This document shows positions 8,399-17,607 of a stretch of 64,000 nt of DNA, piece by piece; within the stretch, counting starts at the first letter, position 1; each line of letters starts with the position of its first letter. The position numbers and the translations under genes are program-made. Origin of the DNA: an uncultured delta proteobacterium (lineage in GTDB: Bacteria > Myxococcota_A > UBA9160 > UBA4427); contig CAWGJT010000009.1 of NCBI GenBank assembly GCA_963822965.1, positions 192,001 to 256,000 on the forward strand, in the 5' to 3' direction. Below the pieces are notes generated by a model. That model did not search any database. It was not told where the DNA came from and saw only the letters and a list, made by a program, of their open reading frames with translations.

Positions 8399-9709
8399 CG
8401 GATTGTGCCCGGGAGCCCCCACAGCCGGTCTCGCCTGGGCCTGGGCTCCCGCATAGACTGAGCCCATGCCTTCCCATCTCCGATCCCTCCTCGCCACCCG
8501 GAGCGCGGGTCCCCTGCTGGCCCTGGCCCTCGCCCTCGCCCTCGGCGCCACGGCGGGCTGCTCGAAGACCCCGGAGCGATCCGACGCCCTCGCCCGTCAG
8601 GGCGCACCCCCCACGGGAGACGTGGCCCACGCCGTGCTCGAGGCCGTGCGCATTCCCGACTCCCTCGAGCGCGTGGCCGCCCTCGCCAGCCTGCTCAGCA
8701 CCCTCGGCCCCGAGGCCGTTCCCCAGGTCCGCGACGCCTTCGACTACGCCTACCCGATCCTCGGCGACGCCGAGTGGATGCTGCTCGCCGACTGGTGGAC
8801 CCGATTCGACGACCGCGCCGCCTGGAGCTGGGTCCAGCAGCGACGCGAGTACAAGAGCGCCGGCGTGCTGCGATACATCGTCCACGGCATGGCCCGGCGC
8901 GACCCCCACCGCGCCCTCGCCACCCTGCTCACCATCCGGCTCCCCGAGGAGCGCGACGCCGCCTTCGCCGAGATCGTCAAGGGCTGGTACGAGGCCGGCG
9001 GCGACGGACTGCTCGACCATCTGATCGGCATGCAGCCGGGCAGCGAACGGCAGCGCGCCATCGCCCTGCTCGTCGGCCTCAAGCTCCGCCGCGAAGGCAT
9101 CGAGGCCACCCGCGACTGGGCCGAGAGCCTCGACGACGACCTCGCCCAACGCTTCAAGCTCCAGGTCTACCGGCGCGTGGCCAGCGAGCTCGCCTTCGTC
9201 GACCCGGCGGCGGCCCGAGACTGGGCCGAGGCGCACGTCGACGGACCCAACGGATCCGGCCTCTACCGCCGCGTCGCCGTCAGTCTCGCCGAGAGCGATC
9301 CCCGGGCCACCCTCGAATGGCTGCGCGGCCTGCCCGACGGGCCCGAGCGAGACGACGCGGTCAGCGAGGCCTACCGGCGCTGGCTCACGAACGACCGCGA
9401 CGCCGCCATCGCCTGGATGAACGGCGCCGAGACCGAGCCCTGGCGCCAGCCGGCCCTCGAGCTGCGCGCCCTGGCCGAGACCCGCGACGATCCGAAGAAG
9501 GCACTCGAGCTCACCCGTCTGCTCGAATCGCCCGAGCGCCGGCTCTATGCCCAGGTGAAGATCGGCATCGCCTGGCTCACCATGGACCCCACCGCGGCGC
9601 GCGCGTGGCTCGAAGGAGACACGGTCGCCCCCGACGTCAAGCAGAAGATCCTCGACCGACTCGCCAACAGCGCACGACGAGCCCGCAAGGCCGGCTGACA
9701 CGCGCGGGA
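8399..9709. repeat. ~1.31 kb near-identical direct repeat, copy a (partner 25983-27296)
   Basis: Runs from GGATTGTGCCCGGGAGCCCCC to GCTGACACGCGCGGGA. I saw only two substitutions and one 3-nt indel, all near the 5' end. Confidence 0.95.
8466..9698 (+). CDS. Lipoprotein with alpha-helical D-P-x-A-A-x-x-W repeats (HEAT/ARM-like), copy 1
   Basis: Leader ending GATAGC (lipobox). Repeated DP..A..W units (VDPAAARDW, SDPRATLEW, MDPTAARAW). Confidence 0.85.
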   Translation: MPSHLRSLLATRSAGPLLALALALALGATAGCSKTPERSDALARQGAPPTGDVAHAVLEAVRIPDSLERVAALASLLSTLGPEAVPQVRDAFDYAYPILGDAEWMLLADWWTRFDDRAAWSWVQQRREYKSAGVLRYIVHGMARRDPHRALATLLTIRLPEERDAAFAEIVKGWYEAGGDGLLDHLIGMQPGSERQRAIALLVGLKLRREGIEATRDWAESLDDDLAQRFKLQVYRRVASELAFVDPAAARDWAEAHVDGPNGSGLYRRVAVSLAESDPRATLEWLRGLPDGPERDDAVSEAYRRWLTNDRDAAIAWMNGAETEPWRQPALELRALAETRDDPKKALELTRLLESPERRLYAQVKIGIAWLTMDPTAARAWLEGDTVAPDVKQKILDRLANSARRARKAG

Positions 9710-9711
9710 GC

Positions 9712-10656
9712 TCAGATGAACTGCGAATACCACCTGCGGTAGGTGGCGATGGGTCCGTCGCCGTCGCAGAGAACCGGCCTGTCCCAACACCGCTTGTTCT
9801 CCCAGATGGGCAGGTCGTGCTCGAACTGCTGCTTCAGGTCCTTGATGATCGCATCCGCCAGGTGCGACTTGCGGCTCTCCCCGTCCGTCTTGACCGTGTA
9901 GGCGAAGCGCACGTCGGTGTATTCGTCGTCGATCGGCGTGGCCGTGTTGACCATCAGCGTGGGGATGAGCCCGTTGATGTGCACGGTCTGGAGGCCCGGC
10001 CCGTAGTCCCGGGTCACCAGGCTCGCGTCCACGGGCCCACCGGGCGCCTCCATCTTGAAGGCCGAGGTGGCGACGTGGATGTGTCCCTGGATCTCCGCCT
10101 CGGTGAATGGGATGGCGTCGGTGCCGTGGATGTAGCGGAAGTGCGCGCCGTCCACGCAGTTCTCGTTCATGTCGAGCCAGTTGCCGCGCACCACCCACTG
10201 CTTGACGTCCACGGGAAGCCAGTCGGCGTCGGCCAGCTCGGGAAGCTCGGGAACTTCGAAGTCCGGCGCGCCTCCCGCGGCATCGTGGTAGATCATCACC
10301 ATCCCGTTGCGCTCGGCCACCGGCCAGCAGTGGAGCTTCGCCTTCGGCGGGATGCGCTTGGCATACGGAACCTTCGTGCACACGCCGTCGGCGCCGAACT
10401 CCCAGTGGTGGAAGGGGCAACGAATGGATTCGCCGGCCACCTTGCCGCCGCAGCCCAGATGGGCGCCCAGATGCGGGCAGTGGGGATCGGTGATGGCGGC
10501 CTCGCCCGATTCGGTTCGGAAGGCGACCAGCTCTCGGCCCAGGATCTTCAGCACCTTCACCTCGCCCGGATCCAGCTCGGACGAGAAGACCGCCCGGAAC
10601 CAGCCGCGCGGATAGGGCGTGAAGGAGTACCGATTGTCGCGCCAGCTCTCGCTCAC
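9712..10656 (-). CDS. Rieske oxygenase, 3-ketosteroid-9alpha-hydroxylase (KshA)/cholesterol desaturase-like
   Basis: CPHLGAHL...CPFHHW Rieske motif; ENCVDGAHFRYIHG mononuclear Fe site; C-terminal DLPIWENK..PVLCDGDGPI..YRRWYSQF. GGAGG before GTG 10656. Confidence 0.85.
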   Translation of the reverse strand: MSESWRDNRYSFTPYPRGWFRAVFSSELDPGEVKVLKILGRELVAFRTESGEAAITDPHCPHLGAHLGCGGKVAGESIRCPFHHWEFGADGVCTKVPYAKRIPPKAKLHCWPVAERNGMVMIYHDAAGGAPDFEVPELPELADADWLPVDVKQWVVRGNWLDMNENCVDGAHFRYIHGTDAIPFTEAEIQGHIHVATSAFKMEAPGGPVDASLVTRDYGPGLQTVHINGLIPTLMVNTATPIDDEYTDVRFAYTVKTDGESRKSHLADAIIKDLKQQFEHDLPIWENKRCWDRPVLCDGDGPIATYRRWYSQFI

Positions 10657-10772
10657 GAGATCACCTCCCGGCACGGCCGAGCACCCTGGGGCGCAGCCAG
10701 ACACCGGAGAGAATAGAGCACCTCCCGGACGGCTCCAGCGCCGCGGCGACCCGGATCTCACCAGCTCGTCGC

Positions 10773-11789
10773 TCACCTGCCGTAGTCCGAGCTCTCAGCC
10801 AGCTCGGCGGCGGCCTGCATGAGGTCGAGGACCACCGGGCCGAAGGCCTGGAGCTTCTCGTCGTCGCCGGCGCGTTGGAAGCCCTGCTCGAGCACCACCG
10901 CGAGCTTCCACTTGGCGAGGATGATGTAGTAATCGATGTCATCCACCTGGCGGCCGGACACCTTCGAGTAGTGCGCGAGGATCTCCCATCGGGACGGCAT
11001 GCCGTGCATGTCGACGTAGCTGAAACCGTCCTCCCCCTCGCCGGCGTGTTCGGGCCACGAGTGCGCGACCCAGCCCAGGTCGAGCTTCGGGTCACCCACC
11101 GTGCCCATCTCCCAGTCGACGATGGCCGCCAACCGGGCGGGGGCTCCATGGTGGTACATGACGTTGGCGAACTGGTAGTCGCCGTGCATCAGGCCGGGGA
11201 TGTAGTCGATCGGCCGGTGCGCCCGAAGCCACGCGGCGGCGACGTCGAAGCCCGGGAGCTCGCGCCGCTGGATCCGCTGGAGGAACGCCGTCCAGCGGTC
11301 CACCTGACGCTCGTGGAATCCTTCGGGCCGGCCGAGGTCGTGCAGCCCCTTGGCCCGCCAGTCGACCTTCGACAGCAACGCGATCCCCTCGACCAGCTCG
11401 AAGGCGAGTCCTCGCCGGGCGTCGAGGTCGCCGTCGAAGGGCGCCGGCCAGCCGTCGGTGTTCATCGGGGACCAACCGTCGACGAAGCCCATGAGGTAGA
11501 AGGGTCGGCCGAGCACGCCGTCGTCTTCGCACGCGGCGATGGCGGGCGTGTGCGGCACGTCCGTCCCCTCGAGCGCCAGGGTGATGCGCCACTCGCGGAG
11601 GATGCCGGCGTCGCGCGCGGCCGGCGCGCCCTCCGGCGGGATGCGAAGCGCGGCGTGAAGCCCGCCACGACGGATCTCGTAGATCTCGTTCTGGGTGCCA
11701 CCGGAAATGAAGCGGTGCTCCAGAGGCTCGCCGCCGCCGGGCAGGCCACGGGCGTCCATCCAGGCGACGAGGCGTTCGACGTCGATCAC
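10773..11789 (-). CDS. Phosphotransferase (APH/ACAD10-11 N-terminal-like) family protein
   Basis: MHGDYQFANVM and IVDWEMGTVGDP motifs; GTGA overlap with the upstream acyl-CoA dehydrogenase. Confidence 0.9.
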   Translation of the reverse strand: MIDVERLVAWMDARGLPGGGEPLEHRFISGGTQNEIYEIRRGGLHAALRIPPEGAPAARDAGILREWRITLALEGTDVPHTPAIAACEDDGVLGRPFYLMGFVDGWSPMNTDGWPAPFDGDLDARRGLAFELVEGIALLSKVDWRAKGLHDLGRPEGFHERQVDRWTAFLQRIQRRELPGFDVAAAWLRAHRPIDYIPGLMHGDYQFANVMYHHGAPARLAAIVDWEMGTVGDPKLDLGWVAHSWPEHAGEGEDGFSYVDMHGMPSRWEILAHYSKVSGRQVDDIDYYIILAKWKLAVVLEQGFQRAGDDEKLQAFGPVVLDLMQAAAELAESSDYGR

Positions 11790-13087
11790 AGGTTCCCGAC
11801 TTCGTGTTCGAGGTACTCGGCGAACTTCGCTCGCGCGGCAGCCAATCGCCTGGGTAGGTGCTCCGTGGGCCAGAGGTCGTCGCTCGGCTCGTAGCCGCGC
11901 AGGACCTGGCGGGCGACGGTGATCTTGTGAACCTCCGTCGGGCCGTCCGCGAGCCCCATGATGCTGGCACCGAGGAGCATCCCGTGGAGCGGCATCTCGT
12001 TGCTCACGCCCAGGGCACCGTGCACCTGGATCGCCCGCCACGCAATGTCGTGCAGGACGCCGGGCATGATCACCTTCACCGCGGCGATGTCCTTGCGCAC
12101 CTTGCGGTAGTCGTCGTGCTTGTCGATCGACCACGCGGTGTACAGCACGAAGAGCCGGAACTGCATCAGCTGGGCGTAGGAGTCGGCGATGTAGCCCTGC
12201 ACGAACTGCTTGTCGGCGAGGCGCTCGCCCTGGGTCTGCCGACTCAGAGCACGCTCGCACATCATGTCGAGGGCCTTCTTCGCCATGCCGATGGTCCGCA
12301 TGGCGTGGTGGATCCGTCCGCCGCCGAGCCGGGTCTGCGCGATGGCGAAGGCCTGTCCCTCACCGCCGAGGAGCGCTGCGGCCGGAACCCGAACGTCTTC
12401 GTAGTGGATGAGGGCGTGCGAGCCCTCTCCCAGGGGCTCGCCGCCCAGCCCGACGTTCCGCACGATGTGAATGCCCGGCGTGTCGGTCGGCACCAGGAAC
12501 ATCGACATCCCCTCGTAGGCGCTCGCGTCGGGGTCGGTGACTGCCATGACGATCAGGAAGGACGCCGTGGGCGCGTTCGAGGAGAAGTACTTCCATCCGT
12601 TGATGACCCACTCGTCGCCCTCCCGGGTGGCGCGAGTCTTGAACATCGTCGGGTCCGAGCCGCCGTGCGGCTCCGTCATCGAGTAGCAGGAGAACATCTC
12701 CCCATCGAGCAACGGACGCAGGTAGCGCTGCTTCTGCTCCGGCGTCCCGTAGTGGGCGATGATCTCGGCGTTGCCCGTGTCGGGCGCCTGGCAGCCGAAG
12801 ATGATGGGAGCCCAGGACGAGCGCCCGAGGATCTCGTTGAGCAGCGACAGCTTCAGCTGGCCGTGGCCCTCACCCCCGAGCTCGGGCACGAGATGTGTGG
12901 CCCACAGCTTCTGGCGGCGCACCTCCTCCTTGAGCGGATCGATGATCTCACGCAGCCGATCGTCGGGCGGAGTGAACTCCAGCCCGCCCCAGAGCATCTC
13001 GAGCGGCTCGACCTCCTGCCGCACGAACTCGTCGGCCCAGTCGAGCTTCGCCTGGTACTCGGGCTCGGTCTCGAAATCCCACGCCAT
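11786..13087 (-). CDS. Acyl-CoA dehydrogenase
   Basis: QAPDTGNAE, YSMTEPHGGSDP, NGWKYFSS, AQTRLGGGRIHHAMR, IQVHGALG, ADGPTEVH. Confidence 0.95.
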   Translation of the reverse strand: MAWDFETEPEYQAKLDWADEFVRQEVEPLEMLWGGLEFTPPDDRLREIIDPLKEEVRRQKLWATHLVPELGGEGHGQLKLSLLNEILGRSSWAPIIFGCQAPDTGNAEIIAHYGTPEQKQRYLRPLLDGEMFSCYSMTEPHGGSDPTMFKTRATREGDEWVINGWKYFSSNAPTASFLIVMAVTDPDASAYEGMSMFLVPTDTPGIHIVRNVGLGGEPLGEGSHALIHYEDVRVPAAALLGGEGQAFAIAQTRLGGGRIHHAMRTIGMAKKALDMMCERALSRQTQGERLADKQFVQGYIADSYAQLMQFRLFVLYTAWSIDKHDDYRKVRKDIAAVKVIMPGVLHDIAWRAIQVHGALGVSNEMPLHGMLLGASIMGLADGPTEVHKITVARQVLRGYEPSDDLWPTEHLPRRLAAARAKFAEYLEHEVGNL

Positions 13088-13246
13088 GTGTGGCACCTCC
13101 CGGGAGTCGGAATATAGGCGATGAAGAATCCAGCTCCGGACGAACGGAACGAGGCGCGCCGTCCTGTGGAACGCCGGTGGCCTCGGTGACGCCCTGGTGT
13201 CGGGGCACCCGGCGACGGTCCTGGCGCGACCCTTCGCCGAGCTCCG

Positions 13247-13291
13247 ATGAAGACACCGGAGCAGCTCTTCGACCTCACCGGCAAGGTCGCC
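13247..13291 (+). pseudogene. N-terminal stub of an SDR gene
   Basis: MKTPEQLFDLTGKVA resembles SDR N-termini (cf. VQQLFDLDGRTAL at 22140) and breaks off before the TGxxxGxG motif. Confidence 0.5.
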
Positions 13292-13333
13292 GGACCCCTC
13301 TCCAGACCTTCCACCTCGAGGCGCGAGCTCCCC

Positions 13334-14260
13334 CTACCCGCGCAGCGGCTGGATCACCGTCGCACCGAACTGCTCCAGCGCCTCGACGGCCCGGTCGATT
13401 CCGTCCCCGGGGACGGCCGTTCCACACCAGGTCACGCCGAGCTCGGCGAGCTCGCGCAGCCCCTCCTGGCAGGCGTCGGGGTGGAAGTCATCGCTGCCGG
13501 GCGCGCCTCCCCGATCGTGCGGGTAGTGGATGTCGATCTCCGTCCGGTCTCGTCCCGCCTCTTCGAGGAGCGCCCACAGCTCGTCGAGGTAGCGCGCGAG
13601 GTCTTCGCGACTCTCGAGAGCCGGCGTCTTCGTCGTGCGGGACAATGCCGCCGGCGCAGGGAAGGGCATCCAGCCCTGGGCGTAGCGGGCGACCCGCCGC
13701 CGCGCGAGCCGGCTGTTGCCCCCGATCCAGATCGGCGGGTGGGGCTTCTGCACGGGCTTGGGGTTTGCGGTCTGGCCCTGGGCGAAGAAGTGACGCCCCT
13801 CGTAGCGGAAGTCGTCCGTCGACCAGATGCCCTGGAGGGCCTCGATCGCCTCGTCGAAGAGCTCGTTTCGCTCGCCGAAGTCGACGCCGAGGGCCGAGTA
13901 CTCGGATCGCAGGTAGCCCGCCGCGGCGCCGAGAAGGAAGCGGCCCCCCGACAGCACGTCCACCGTGGCGATGGCCTTCGCGAGCACGAAGGGGTTGCGG
14001 TAGGGGAGCACGATGATGTTCGGCATCAGCCGGATGCGATCGGTGACGGCCGCGCAGAAAGCGAGCGCGGCAAAGGGGTCGAGGGCGTCGTGCCCGCCTC
14101 CTTCGAGCCACTTCTGGGAGGGCGCCGGGTGGTCGGTGAAGCCGAGAGCGTCGAATCCCGCCGCTTCGGCGGCTCGGGCAAAGCGGACCAGACTCGCCTT
14201 CTCGAGGAAGTCGGGATGGCAGGGATGGGCGATCAGCGGATAGGTGACCGAGAACTTCAT
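13334..14260 (-). CDS. LLM-class flavin/F420-dependent oxidoreductase
   Basis: AEAAGFDALGFTDHP, LPYRNPFVLAKAIATVDVLSGGR, PKPVQKPHPPIWIGGNS. Confidence 0.9.
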   Translation of the reverse strand: MKFSVTYPLIAHPCHPDFLEKASLVRFARAAEAAGFDALGFTDHPAPSQKWLEGGGHDALDPFAALAFCAAVTDRIRLMPNIIVLPYRNPFVLAKAIATVDVLSGGRFLLGAAAGYLRSEYSALGVDFGERNELFDEAIEALQGIWSTDDFRYEGRHFFAQGQTANPKPVQKPHPPIWIGGNSRLARRRVARYAQGWMPFPAPAALSRTTKTPALESREDLARYLDELWALLEEAGRDRTEIDIHYPHDRGGAPGSDDFHPDACQEGLRELAELGVTWCGTAVPGDGIDRAVEALEQFGATVIQPLRG

Positions 14261-14432
14261 GGGGCTACGGCGCCTCCGTGCCGGTGCGATCTCGTCGCTG
14301 GCACCCTTCGGGCGGCGTCCAGTCGACGCGGAGAGAAGGCAAGAGCAATTCGGCGACTCGTTCCGGCTCGCGATGCTCCGGTGGCCTTCGGCTGTAGCAG
14401 ACGCCTTCGCCGAGACGTTGGAGAACCGACTC

Positions 14433-14867
14433 TCACGCTCGCACCCAGCGCGGCAGGTGCACGTCTTCGACCCTGGCGAACACCACGCGGACGGGCTCGC
14501 CGATCTCGATCGCGTGCGCGTCGATCTCGTTGATCGGTCCGTCCGCCGACTCGACCAGGTTTCCGACCAGGCGTAGCGACGGACTCTCGTCGAGCTCGAC
14601 GGCGAGCACGTTGTACGGTGCAAGCGCCGCGTAGGACGGCAGGAGCGGCGGATGCACCACCACGAACGACCAGACGCGCCCTCTGCCCGAGAGCGGTACC
14701 CAGGTGCTCGAGAGCGACTGGCACTCCGGGCACATGGGTCGCGGTGGAATGCGCATGTGGCCGCAGGCCGAGCACTTCTGGACCAGCAGCTCGCCGCGCG
14801 CGGTCCCCTCCCAGAAGGGCCTGGCATCCTCGTCTTCGGTGTCGGGGAGGATCCAGCTCTGTTCCAT
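14433..14867 (-). CDS. Zn-ribbon/OB-fold (DUF35, ChsH2-like) protein
   Basis: PFWEG..LLVQKCSACGH..PPRPMCPECQS..SGRGRVWSF; adjacent to a thiolase-like gene. Confidence 0.9.
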   Translation of the reverse strand: MEQSWILPDTEDEDARPFWEGTARGELLVQKCSACGHMRIPPRPMCPECQSLSSTWVPLSGRGRVWSFVVVHPPLLPSYAALAPYNVLAVELDESPSLRLVGNLVESADGPINEIDAHAIEIGEPVRVVFARVEDVHLPRWVRA

Positions 14868-14869
14868 CT

Positions 14870-16027
14870 CTACCTCCGGAGCAGCAGGGCGCTGGTCGGG
14901 ACGCCCTCACCGCTGGTCACCAGGCAGCTCGCCGCGTCCTTCACCTGCGACGTCGAGGTCCCGCGCATCTGGCGTACGCCCTCCAGCACCAGGTTGAAGC
15001 CGTGCACGTACGCCTCGGACAGGCCGCCGCCCGACGTGTTGGTCGGCAGCCGCCCGTCGGGCCACTCGAGCGCCCCTCCCTCGGTGAACGCCGCACCCTC
15101 GCCGCGCTTGCAGAACCCGTAGCCCTCCAGCGAGAGCGGGATCAACGGGCTGAAGGCGTCGTAGATCTGTGCCACGGCGATGTCGGCGGGCTCGAGGTCG
15201 CTGTTGGCCCACAGCCGTCGCGCCGCCGCCCAGGCCGGGCCCCGGAGCGGCTCGTCGCAGAAGTAGTTCGTCATCGTCTGGTGCTGGCGGCTCAGTCCCT
15301 GCGCGAACGCGTGGATGTAGACCGGGTCGCGGCGCAGGTCGCGCGCTCGCTCGGCCCCGACGATGACGCAGGCCAGTGCTCCGTCGGTCTCCAGACAATT
15401 GTCGAACAGGCACAGCGGCTCGGAGATCCAGCGCGCCGCCATGTACTCCTCGCGCGTCAGCTTGCGCTCGTGCATGGTCGCGTTGGGGTTGCGGTTGGCA
15501 TGCTTGCGGAAAGCGAGCGCGACGTTCGCCAGGTGATCGCGCGTGGCTCCGTACTCGTGCATGTAGCGGCGCGCGAGCAGGGCGATCTCGTCGACCGGGC
15601 GCAGCAGGCCGAACGGTCGGGTCCACTGGTATGGCCCACCCATGCGCTGCGCGGCCTGCGCCCAGGGCCGACTGCCCTTGGCGGCGCGCTTGCGCGCGCG
15701 CCACACCACGGCGACCCGACACTGGCCGGTCGCAACCGCCATGGCCGCGTGGCCCACGGCGCCGCAGCCCGCACCGCCGCCGTAGCCGACCTCGCCGAAG
15801 TAGGTGATGTCTCCGAGGCCCACGCTGCGTGCGACGTCGACCTCGCGGCCGCTCTCCATCGAGAAGATCGTCAGGCCGTCGACCTCGGAGGGCCGCACAC
15901 CCGCGTCGTCGATCGCCGCCGCGATCGCCTGACAGGCGAGGGATAGCTCGCTGTCCTCGATGCCCTTTGCGAACCGGGTCTGGCCGATTCCCACGATCGC
16001 CGTCTTGTCCTTGATCAGATCCGTCAT
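14870..16027 (-). CDS. Lipid-transfer protein / SCP-x thiolase-like (Ltp-type aldolase)
   Basis: TAIVGIGQT, DNCLETDGA, AQIYDAFS, NTSGGGLSEAYVHG, GVRQMRG. Confidence 0.9.
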   Translation of the reverse strand: MTDLIKDKTAIVGIGQTRFAKGIEDSELSLACQAIAAAIDDAGVRPSEVDGLTIFSMESGREVDVARSVGLGDITYFGEVGYGGGAGCGAVGHAAMAVATGQCRVAVVWRARKRAAKGSRPWAQAAQRMGGPYQWTRPFGLLRPVDEIALLARRYMHEYGATRDHLANVALAFRKHANRNPNATMHERKLTREEYMAARWISEPLCLFDNCLETDGALACVIVGAERARDLRRDPVYIHAFAQGLSRQHQTMTNYFCDEPLRGPAWAAARRLWANSDLEPADIAVAQIYDAFSPLIPLSLEGYGFCKRGEGAAFTEGGALEWPDGRLPTNTSGGGLSEAYVHGFNLVLEGVRQMRGTSTSQVKDAASCLVTSGEGVPTSALLLRR

Positions 16028-16294
16028 GGCGCGCCCCCACGAAGGCAGTGCGAAGGCGATTCTGACCGCGACCGACGCGGGTAGCAAACGCCCTTCGCGC
16101 CGTTCGATCTGCGGGGCGGAGAGGAAGCTGGTCTCGACGGAACGAGCCGGGGGACGAGTGCCGGCCCCGACAGACCTGGTATCCTCGGGGGTCGACGGTC
16201 AGCTCCTGATCGGCGCAACCCGTGCTCTCGAAGACCGAAGACCAAAGACCAAGAGGAACGCTCTCGCAGAACGAGAGGAAGGAAAGGGCACCCA

Positions 16295-17431
16295 ATGGAA
16301 CGCTCCTCCATCGACTACCGGCTCATCGACTGCGACCAGCACGTGATCGAGCCCCCCGACTTGTGGGACCGCTACCTGCGCAAGGAGTATCGGAGCAAGG
16401 CACCGAAGCTGGTGAAGGACGAAGATGACGGCGACGCCTGGAACCTCGGCGGGGCCATCGAGTCACTCGGCCTGGTGGCGGCAATGAACCAGACGCCGCG
16501 CACGCTGAAGTGGACCGGCGTGCGCTACGAGGACATGCATCCCGGCATCATCGACTGGAAGGGCCGGCTCGAGCTCATGGACCAGGACGGCGTCGACGCC
16601 GCGGTCTTCTTCCCGCCTCAGCGCACGATGATCTACTTCATCCAGAAGAAGCTCGACGACCCGGGCTTCTCGCTCGCCGGAATGCAGGCCTACAACGACT
16701 TCATCAGCGAGTGGTGCGGCCACCGCCCCGAGCGCCTCGGCGCGATCTGGCAGATGCCGGCCACCGGCGTCGACGAAGCGGTGGCGGAGCTCGAGCGCGC
16801 CAAGGCCGGCGGTGCAGTGGGCGTCGGCCTCGGCACCTGGCCCAGCGGCGAGGCCCTCCTCTCCCGGGACGACGACAAGTTCTGGGCAAAGGCGGAAGAG
16901 CTCTCGATGCCCATCCACGTGCACATCGGACTCACCCCGCCCACGCACCAGACCAAGCGTGTGGCCGCCAAGAAGGGCGGTGCTCCGCAGCTCGTGATGT
17001 TCGCCACCACGATGAGCCGCATGCCCACGCTCTTCGCCGAGCTCATCTTCAACGAGGTGTTCGAGCGCTTTCCCGGCCTCGTCGTCGTGGGCGGTGAAGT
17101 CGGTTCGGGCTGGGTCCCGTTCTTCAAGCAGGAGATCGACGACCGGTACCGGCGCAATCGCTTCTGGTGCGAGGTCAACCTCTCGATGCTTCCCAGCGAG
17201 TACTACGAGCGCAACTGCAAGGTCGGCGTGGTGAACGACCAGTTCGGCGTGCAGAACTGCGACGCGGTCGGCGTCCAGACGATGATGTGGTGCAGCGACT
17301 TCCCGCACCACATCACGGACTGGCCCCACTCGCGGTATCTGATCAACTCGATGGCGCAGGGCATCGACGCAGGCAAGAGGCGGAAGATCTTCTGCGAGAA
17401 CGCGGGAAGACTGTACGGCTTCATCCGATGA
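16295..17431 (+). CDS. Amidohydrolase family (Amidohydro_2) protein
   Basis: IDCDQHVIEPPDLW, PIHVHIG, GEVGSGWVP, MWCSDFPH. Confidence 0.9.
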   Translation: MERSSIDYRLIDCDQHVIEPPDLWDRYLRKEYRSKAPKLVKDEDDGDAWNLGGAIESLGLVAAMNQTPRTLKWTGVRYEDMHPGIIDWKGRLELMDQDGVDAAVFFPPQRTMIYFIQKKLDDPGFSLAGMQAYNDFISEWCGHRPERLGAIWQMPATGVDEAVAELERAKAGGAVGVGLGTWPSGEALLSRDDDKFWAKAEELSMPIHVHIGLTPPTHQTKRVAAKKGGAPQLVMFATTMSRMPTLFAELIFNEVFERFPGLVVVGGEVGSGWVPFFKQEIDDRYRRNRFWCEVNLSMLPSEYYERNCKVGVVNDQFGVQNCDAVGVQTMMWCSDFPHHITDWPHSRYLINSMAQGIDAGKRRKIFCENAGRLYGFIR

Positions 17432-17607
17432 GCACGAGAATCGGGAAGCCCGCGACGAAGCAACGGGGTTCGCGGCTCGCTGCATAGCGCTGCGAGGCCC
17501 CTGGGCCACCCTGCTCGAAAGCGCGCCCCTTCGCCGGGCCGGGCGGGTTCGTGGACCGCGGCCGCTCCCCGGCCGGACCGCCCGCGCTTCCGGGCGATCC
17601 GCGATCG

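Noticed and set aside
3543..8607. Long alternative-frame and antisense ORFs over the surface-protein genes (e.g. 3543-5714, 5558-7051, 6865-8607)
   Set aside because: Arg/Ala/Pro-rich shadow ORFs typical of high-GC DNA, with no recognisable motifs.
8399..9709. Insertion sequence or composite transposon ends
   Set aside because: The repeat encodes a lipoprotein, not a transposase. No terminal inverted repeats or target duplication were seen.
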